From positions 34,931 to 98,930 of the forward strand of contig QKEV01000017.1 of NCBI GenBank assembly GCA_003252295.1: DNA of 64,000 bases, in the 5' to 3' direction. The position numbers were made by a program, and so were the translations under genes. Positions within the stretch are counted from its first letter, which is position 1. Each line of letters starts with the position of its first letter. Under the pieces are notes generated by a model. That model was not told the origin of the DNA and made no database searches. It worked only from the letters and a program-made list of their open reading frames with translations. This DNA comes from a bacterium (GTDB taxonomy: Bacteria > Patescibacteriota > Minisyncoccia > Phycocordibacterales > UBA12088). Shown piece by piece: positions 58,744 through 64,000 of the stretch.

Positions 58744-60216
58744 ATGAACGACATTGACTTCCCTATTCCGCCCGAGGTTACACGTGTAACAAATACATTG
58801 AACGAGGCAGGATACGACGCATACCTTGTTGGAGGATGTGTTCGTGACATGGTACTGGGAAAACAACCAAAAGATTGGGATATCACCACAAACGCACACC
58901 CTGACCAAATACAGGCGCTTTTTGAAGAAACCTACTACAACAATGACTTTGGTACCGTGGGTGTTGTTTTTGAAGATGCATCTGATCCAACCCTCAAAGT
59001 TATCGAGGTAACTCCGTACCGAAAAGAAGGTACATACTCAGACGCGAGACGTCCGGATACGGTAGAGTTTGGTGTTTCACTTGAAGAAGATCTTGCGCGA
59101 AGAGACTTTACCGTAAACGCAATAGCGTATGACCTTTATAAAGGACATGTTGTTGACCCTTATAAAGGACATGACGATTTGGAGCAAAAACAGCTACGTG
59201 CTGTGGGTGCTCCAGATGAACGTTTCAAAGAAGATGCGCTCCGCATGATGCGTGCAATACGTCTTGGTGCTGAACTCGGTTTTGGTATAGAGCAGAAAAC
59301 CTTTGAGGCAATCACTAATGATTCTCACCTACTCCAAAAGATATCTGCTGAACGTATACGCGATGAGCTCACAAAAACACTTATGTCATCTCAGCCAATG
59401 GAAGCACTGTTACACATGAAACAGACTGGCATACTGCAGTACGTACTTCCTGAACTCCTTCACGGCGTAGATACAGAGCAAAACCATTCACACATCTACA
59501 CCGTTTTTGAACACTTGATTCGCAGTGTACAACATGCAGCCGATAAAGACTTCCCTCTCGAGGTACGTCTTGCTTCCCTTTTACACGATATCGGAAAACC
59601 AAAGAGCCGCAGAACCACTGAAACCGGTGCATACACCTTCTATGGACATGAGGTTAATGGTTCACGTGTAACACGTGAGATACTACAGAGATTACGTTAC
59701 CCAAAAGAAACTGTCGAAAAAGTCGTCAATTTAGTACGCTGGCATATGTTCTTCAGCGATCCTGATAAAATAACCCTTTCTGCTGTACGCAGAATGATTG
59801 TAAACGTTGGAGAAGAAAATATTTGGAATCTCCTGAATGTACGGAGGTGCGACAGAATAGGTTCCGGTAGACCAAAGGAACAGCCATTCAGGTTTAGGAA
59901 ATACCACAGCATGGTAGAAGAAGCACTACGTGATCCTATCTCAGTGGGAAGCTTGAAACTATCTGGTGGTGAGCTTATGGATGTTACACATGAAACTCCA
60001 GGACCACGAGTGGGGAATATGCTCCATGCGCTCCTAGAAGAGGTTTTAGATGATCCAACACTCAATACCATAGAGTACCTCACAAAACGCGCCACAGAGC
60101 TTTCTGAGCTTTCTGATGAGGAGTTACAGCGGCTTGGCAAACAAGGAAAAGAAAAAAGGGAAGAAGCAGAAGAAAAAGAGATTAAAGCACTACGTAAAAA
60201 ACACAATGTTGTTTAG
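58744..60216 (+). CDS. CCA-adding enzyme/poly(A) polymerase family nucleotidyltransferase with HD domain
   Basis: YLVGGCVRD, KDWDI, DLARRDFTVNA, EDALRMMRAIR, LLHDIGKP. Confidence 0.93.
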   Translation: MNDIDFPIPPEVTRVTNTLNEAGYDAYLVGGCVRDMVLGKQPKDWDITTNAHPDQIQALFEETYYNNDFGTVGVVFEDASDPTLKVIEVTPYRKEGTYSDARRPDTVEFGVSLEEDLARRDFTVNAIAYDLYKGHVVDPYKGHDDLEQKQLRAVGAPDERFKEDALRMMRAIRLGAELGFGIEQKTFEAITNDSHLLQKISAERIRDELTKTLMSSQPMEALLHMKQTGILQYVLPELLHGVDTEQNHSHIYTVFEHLIRSVQHAADKDFPLEVRLASLLHDIGKPKSRRTTETGAYTFYGHEVNGSRVTREILQRLRYPKETVEKVVNLVRWHMFFSDPDKITLSAVRRMIVNVGEENIWNLLNVRRCDRIGSGRPKEQPFRFRKYHSMVEEALRDPISVGSLKLSGGELMDVTHETPGPRVGNMLHALLEEVLDDPTLNTIEYLTKRATELSELSDEELQRLGKQGKEKREEAEEKEIKALRKKHNVV

Positions 60217-60259
60217 GTTCTAGGTGTTAGGGACTAGGTTATCGTTAACTAGATCCAAA

Positions 60260-60464
60260 TGTTACACGTGTAACATGGTGCATTGATGTGTTTACATCAT
60301 ACAAACCATTTTACCCACTTACCGTACGCAAGCTTCTGCGTAAAAGGATACTACAGATGTTTTTACATCTGTAGTAATAGTTCACTTGAACCATTATTTT
60401 CTGAACCAGCGTTGTTACACGTGTAACTAAAAACCACCATGCAAAGGTGGTTACACGTGTAACA
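60260..60464. promoter_or_regulatory. parS-like palindrome cluster (GTTACACGTGTAAC x3; a fourth at 58777 inside the CCA gene)
   Basis: TGTTACACGTGTAACA 60260, TGTTACACGTGTAACT 60412, GGTTACACGTGTAACA 60449; resembles parS consensus TGTTNCACGTGAAACA. Confidence 0.75.
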
Positions 60465-60505
60465 TACTGTAAACGGAAAACCCCGCCAAAAAAGGCGGGG
60501 TAAGA

Positions 60506-60637
60506 AAAAGCCGCTGCTGTTCCTTTGACAGGTCAGAAAGGGGGCTCGTTTAGAATATTTGGCTAAGTTGAGCGCTCTTTGTGACCTATCAGAGGGCAAT
60601 GTTAAGACAGAGGTCTATTATTGCGGCGGCGGCTTTT
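60506..60637. ncRNA. Long irregular rod-like hairpin (ncRNA candidate)
   Basis: AAAAGCCGCTGCTG/CGGCGGCGGCTTTT, CCTTTGA/TCAGAGG, AGGTCA/TGACCT, AAAG..GCTC/GAGC..CTTT. Confidence 0.45.
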
Positions 60638-60827
60638 ATGAGCTGGGGGCTGCTACATATTTTATTGTATTGAAGTATTTTTTGGCTTATGTAACTCTTT
60701 TGTATTCTATAGTAGAGTGTTTGAATAAAAAATATTTTTGTTTGAGTGGAAACATCTACTCTCAACAAAAGTATTTTACTTTTGCCATAATAACTTCGAA
60801 AGAACTATTTTCTCTAAAGAACAATTG

Positions 60828-60899
60828 TTCCGCAGAGATAGGTGGTACGTTCTTGGTACGATTCTTCACACGAAGAACGTACCACCTATTTCTTTGGAA
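60828..60899. repeat. Long inverted repeat
   Basis: Perfect 17-bp ATAGGTGGTACGTTCTT/AAGAACGTACCACCTAT, extended imperfectly to TTCC/GGAA. Confidence 0.8.
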
Positions 60900-60961
60900 T
60901 CACCATCACGCTGGTCTAAGTACTAGTATATATATACTTAAGGACACGTAAAGGACATATG

Positions 60962-60980
60962 TGGGGATAATTGTGGATAA
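60962..60980. promoter_or_regulatory. Tandem DnaA boxes
   Basis: TGGGGATAA and TGTGGATAA (reverse complement of TTATCCACA) near an AT-rich tract. Confidence 0.55.
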
Positions 60981-61070
60981 GTGTCCTTTATAATAAAAGT
61001 GGTGTGTTTACAACGTAAAAAACCCTCTGCAGATATGCTCTACAGAGGGTTATGTACATTTTCTCAACTA

Positions 61071-61841
61071 CTATATCTTAAGTTCGATACTTATTGGGCA
61101 ATGATCACTACCAAGTAGTTCCGAATGTATTGTGCTACGTACATGTTTTGCCATGAGGTCAGGGGAGAGGAAAAGATAATCTATTCTCCATCCCACATTT
61201 CTATCACGTGCATGTGTTTTCATATCCCAGTACGTGTACATATCCGCCTTCTCTGGATACTTTGCACGAAAGCTATCTACCCAACCATGCGCTACCACCT
61301 CATCGAGCCATGCTCGCTCTTCGGGTAAGAATCCCGTATTCTCTTTATTTTCACGAGGTCGTGCAAGATCTATCTCCTCATGTGCAGTGTTTACATCACC
61401 TCCCCATACAACAGGGTTTTTTTTACGTAATCCTTCAACATACTCCAAAAAAGCTTCATAAAACTCAAGCTTATATGCAAGTCTGTCCGGACCTTGACCG
61501 CCGTTAGGGAAGTAGCAGTTCACCACTGTAATATTCTTAAAAAATACAGTAACAATACGCCCTTCCTGGTCATACTCTGGTTTCTGCATACCATAGGTAA
61601 CTTCTATTGGCATCTCTTTTGTGTATATAGCTGTACCGCTGTATCCCTTGCGTGTTTGTGAAGCGTTGAAATATGAGTGATATCCCAGGGCAATTTGCAC
61701 ATCGCTGGGTACTTGTTCTTGTTCGGCTTTTGTCTCTTGAACGAGGAGTACATCAGGGGACACCTGCTGCAGCATTGGCTCAAACAACCCTTTACGAGCC
61801 ACTGCACGCAAGCCATTTACGTTCCAACTAGCTATTTTCAT
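61071..61841 (-). CDS. xth: Exodeoxyribonuclease III (AP endonuclease)
   Basis: MKIASWNVNGLRA, VQETK, GYSGTA, YFPNG, GDVNTAH, GWRIDY, GSDHCP; start moved to ATG 61841. Confidence 0.96.
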   Translation of the reverse strand: MKIASWNVNGLRAVARKGLFEPMLQQVSPDVLLVQETKAEQEQVPSDVQIALGYHSYFNASQTRKGYSGTAIYTKEMPIEVTYGMQKPEYDQEGRIVTVFFKNITVVNCYFPNGGQGPDRLAYKLEFYEAFLEYVEGLRKKNPVVWGGDVNTAHEEIDLARPRENKENTGFLPEERAWLDEVVAHGWVDSFRAKYPEKADMYTYWDMKTHARDRNVGWRIDYLFLSPDLMAKHVRSTIHSELLGSDHCPISIELKI

Positions 61842-61998
61842 AGCTAGTACTATACCACGTTGTATGAAAATACCTATTTTTAGCCATATTTTCTGTTTTT
61901 TGTACCAATATATATTGACAAATATGTATAGTAATGTTATACTACAAGCAGAATATACAACTACTTGAAACTCAAAATCAAAGCCGGAGGATACTGCT

Positions 61999-62508
61999 AT
62001 GAAAAATATACTTATAATTTCCGCTATTATCGTCACTCTCATTTCTTCATCTTTTTTTGCAACTACTGCTGAGGCAGGAAATAAAGGTAGAAGAAACACC
62101 GCGATTATCGTAAGTGCTTTTGTAGCGGCACTGATAGGTACTTCAGCAAGAGGTTCTTATCGACAAAACGTTCCATGTAACGTGGCATATGATCAGTACG
62201 GGAGACCGTTCTGTATAGAACCACAGCAAGTTGTTGTACACAGAGCCCCTATACAGCGGGAAGTGTACGTCAACAACGGTTATAGTACGTATCAAAACAA
62301 CTATCAGGATGATAGTAGCGTAGGGAGTTACTACTCTGACGCGTACCAAAGGGAAAGTCAAAAATTGCAGGAAAGAAAGGACCGAGCTATTCGGGACTAC
62401 CAAGAATGCAAGGGGAGGGTAAAGGCACAAAGAAGCATTGGCTACAGAAATGTAGAGGACTGCTCAGGGTACGGAAACAGAGTGAGGGAGTTTAGTAGAA
62501 GATGGTAG
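61999..62508 (+). CDS. Hypothetical secreted protein
   Basis: TTGACA-17-TATACT promoter, GGAGG SD, signal peptide ending AEA, four Cys. Confidence 0.65.
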   Translation: MKNILIISAIIVTLISSSFFATTAEAGNKGRRNTAIIVSAFVAALIGTSARGSYRQNVPCNVAYDQYGRPFCIEPQQVVVHRAPIQREVYVNNGYSTYQNNYQDDSSVGSYYSDAYQRESQKLQERKDRAIRDYQECKGRVKAQRSIGYRNVEDCSGYGNRVREFSRRW

Positions 62509-62566
62509 ATCTTTTGTACTTTATAAGGCCGTTGCGTTTCGCAGCGGCCTTATTACGTTGTTACAG

Positions 62567-63442
62567 CTACTCTGTGGAACCAACACACTCCTCTATACCA
62601 CCAATATACTTCTCCATAGTGCTTTCATGCTGGTAACCTACCTTCTCCTTAAGAACAGTTGCATCTGTTTCACCACTCAAAAGGCCGGCTACATACATGT
62701 TTCGGAAGCTCTGCGGGGTAACACGCACTTCGACACTCGCTCGTTCTGCGCACTGTTTTACAATACGTTGTACTGACCGAGGGGTTAAACGGAAACTACT
62801 ACTTCGCTTACCATTGTTCACAAACAGGGCATCATCAGTATCTTTTCTTCCAAGCAAGTAGGACTCAAGTGCTTCTACACACTCCGGAAGAAGATCCACG
62901 GTACGTTGCACCTTTCCCATAACACTGAGTTTTGTACGTTGAAAAGCACTCCTGTTGAGGGCACATAGTTCACCCACCTTTACCCCTGTTGTACCGAGTA
63001 GCAAAAGAATGGCTCTATCTCTATATGATTTTCCATCTACACCAGTAATAGTCTGGTACATACTCCAAAAATCACCTTCATTTGCGACAGAGAGCGGTAT
63101 GTTCAATGATTGCTCGAGAGTCACCTCTTTTGGCAACAAAGTGTTGTGACCACACTTTTTTAGGTACGCTAAAAATACACGTAGTGCAACAAGGTGGTAA
63201 TTTTGCGTCTTTACCGACAAGGTTTCATTTCTTTGTGTCTCAACACTGAACACGTTTTGTTCTTTCAGCCAAACACGAAACATGTTTACTGACTCAGGGG
63301 AGATGGCACGCACATGTTCCACCTGTGTCACCTTTAGAAACCTATCAAGGTATCGGGTGTAGTTTTCAATGGTTTTTTTACTCTTCTTGTTCTGTGCAAG
63401 GTGTTTTAAAAAACCCTCTTTGAGTGTAGTGATCTCATTCAT
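62567..63442 (-). CDS. XerC/D-like tyrosine recombinase with substituted catalytic residues
   Basis: SAM domain (SKKTIENYTRYL, TQNYHLVALRVF), RDRAILLLL..TG, LTPRSVQRIVK, C-terminal T..Y. Confidence 0.85.
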   Translation of the reverse strand: MNEITTLKEGFLKHLAQNKKSKKTIENYTRYLDRFLKVTQVEHVRAISPESVNMFRVWLKEQNVFSVETQRNETLSVKTQNYHLVALRVFLAYLKKCGHNTLLPKEVTLEQSLNIPLSVANEGDFWSMYQTITGVDGKSYRDRAILLLLGTTGVKVGELCALNRSAFQRTKLSVMGKVQRTVDLLPECVEALESYLLGRKDTDDALFVNNGKRSSSFRLTPRSVQRIVKQCAERASVEVRVTPQSFRNMYVAGLLSGETDATVLKEKVGYQHESTMEKYIGGIEECVGSTE

Positions 63443-63551
63443 ACGAACAGTGTCGCACTATATTTAAAAACTGAAAAGTGTCAGGTAGTAAAGTTATACA
63501 CAACCTTTTGTAAGAAAACTTGCAATGAGAAAAAAGGGGAGTATCATAATA

Positions 63552-63672
63552 GGTAGATTTCTTACCGACGAATATTCATTCCCACACCCAGTGCCGCAAG
63601 GCACACCCGTTCCTTCTTGGCCTACGGGCCGCCCTTATACAATCCTCTCGCATGCGAGAGGATTACTTTTTT
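63552..63672 (+). ncRNA. Candidate sRNA with tetraloop hairpins and terminator
   Basis: TTGCAA-16-TATCAT promoter-like site; GTGCC-GCAA-GGCAC, GGCC-TACG-GGCC; terminator AATCCTCTCGC/GCGAGAGGATT plus T-tract. Confidence 0.45.
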
Positions 63673-63706
63673 GTAGCTTTTTTACCAATGTACGCTATAC
63701 TCACCT

Positions 63707-63795
63707 TGGGAGTTGGCTCAAGACATTGATCATCAACGGCTTGCAACGTCTTGCCAACATGAGCGCTGGTGCCCCCTTCACCAGCGCTTTTTTCT
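63707..63795 (+). ncRNA. Second candidate small RNA
   Basis: TATACT -10; GTTGGC..AAGAC/GTCTTGCCAAC stem; terminator AGCGCTGGTG/CACCAGCGCT plus T-tract. Confidence 0.4.
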
Positions 63796-63886
63796 TGCAA
63801 AAAGAGTCAGAATGCCGTAGGATACTTCACTGGCACTGAAAGTACAGTACTTGCGCTTTCTTTTAAAATGTGCTAAAGTAAGAAAC

Positions 63887-64000
63887 ATGTTAACAGCAAG
63901 AAAGAAACAAAACGTAATTAAGAATACGAAGCGACACGACACAGACACTGGTTCACCAGAGGTACAGGTTGGTCTTCTCACCAAAAAAATTGATGAGCTC
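63887..64000 (+). CDS. rpsO: 30S ribosomal protein S15 (5' part, truncated by window end)
   Basis: MLTARKKQNVIKNTKRHDTDTGSPEVQVGLLTKKIDEL; DTGSPEVQV is the S15 signature. Confidence 0.93.
   Translation, partial: MLTARKKQNVIKNTKRHDTDTGSPEVQVGLLTKKIDEL

Noticed and set aside
60363-60951. ORFs 60363..60599, 60559..60951, 60738..60926
   Set aside because: No SD or recognisable motifs; region dominated by palindromes and hairpins
61842-62099. N-terminal extension of xth in the ORF track
   Set aside because: Overlaps the divergent gene and its promoter; the family begins at MKIASWN (61841)
63525-63984. ORFs 63525..63839 (+) and 63778..63984 (-)
   Set aside because: The first crosses two terminators; the second is antisense to rpsO
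1-64000. Alternative genetic code (UGA=Gly), prophage or intact IS
   Set aside because: Conserved genes are full length under code 11; no phage structural genes or transposase seen

Overview
This 64-kb window looks like a Patescibacteria/CPR (Parcubacteria-like) chromosome segment, probably near the replication origin. The assignment is inferred from the CPR-type type IV pilus operon, split ComEC, DUF5667-like anti-sigma pair, TrmB regulators and leaderless core genes. Housekeeping genes include fusA, rpsG, rpsL, tig, ppa, nusA, recJ, rnhA, pgk, tpiA, rpmB, clpP, rarA, hup, rny, cspA, a CCA-type nucleotidyltransferase, xth and a partial rpsO. They are interspersed with four tRNAs and many single-gene orphan units carrying their own promoter, Shine-Dalgarno (SD) site and terminator. 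Best candidates for undescribed biology: (1) a radical SAM gene followed by two paralogous SD-led basic peptides sharing MAFxxV(A)TRxHxxPRP, one absent from the ORF track, suggesting a RiPP-like system; (2) related fold-back elements attached to the tRNA 3' ends, whose ends copy each host tRNA's T-arm; (3) an attenuator with an aromatic-rich leader peptide controlling an unknown HUP-like enzyme; (4) several structured ncRNA candidates; (5) three apparent pseudoenzymes (malic enzyme, YkuD domain, Xer-like recombinase); (6) a parS/DnaA-box cluster at about 58.8-61 kb. All calls were made by eye; no database searches or folding programs were run.
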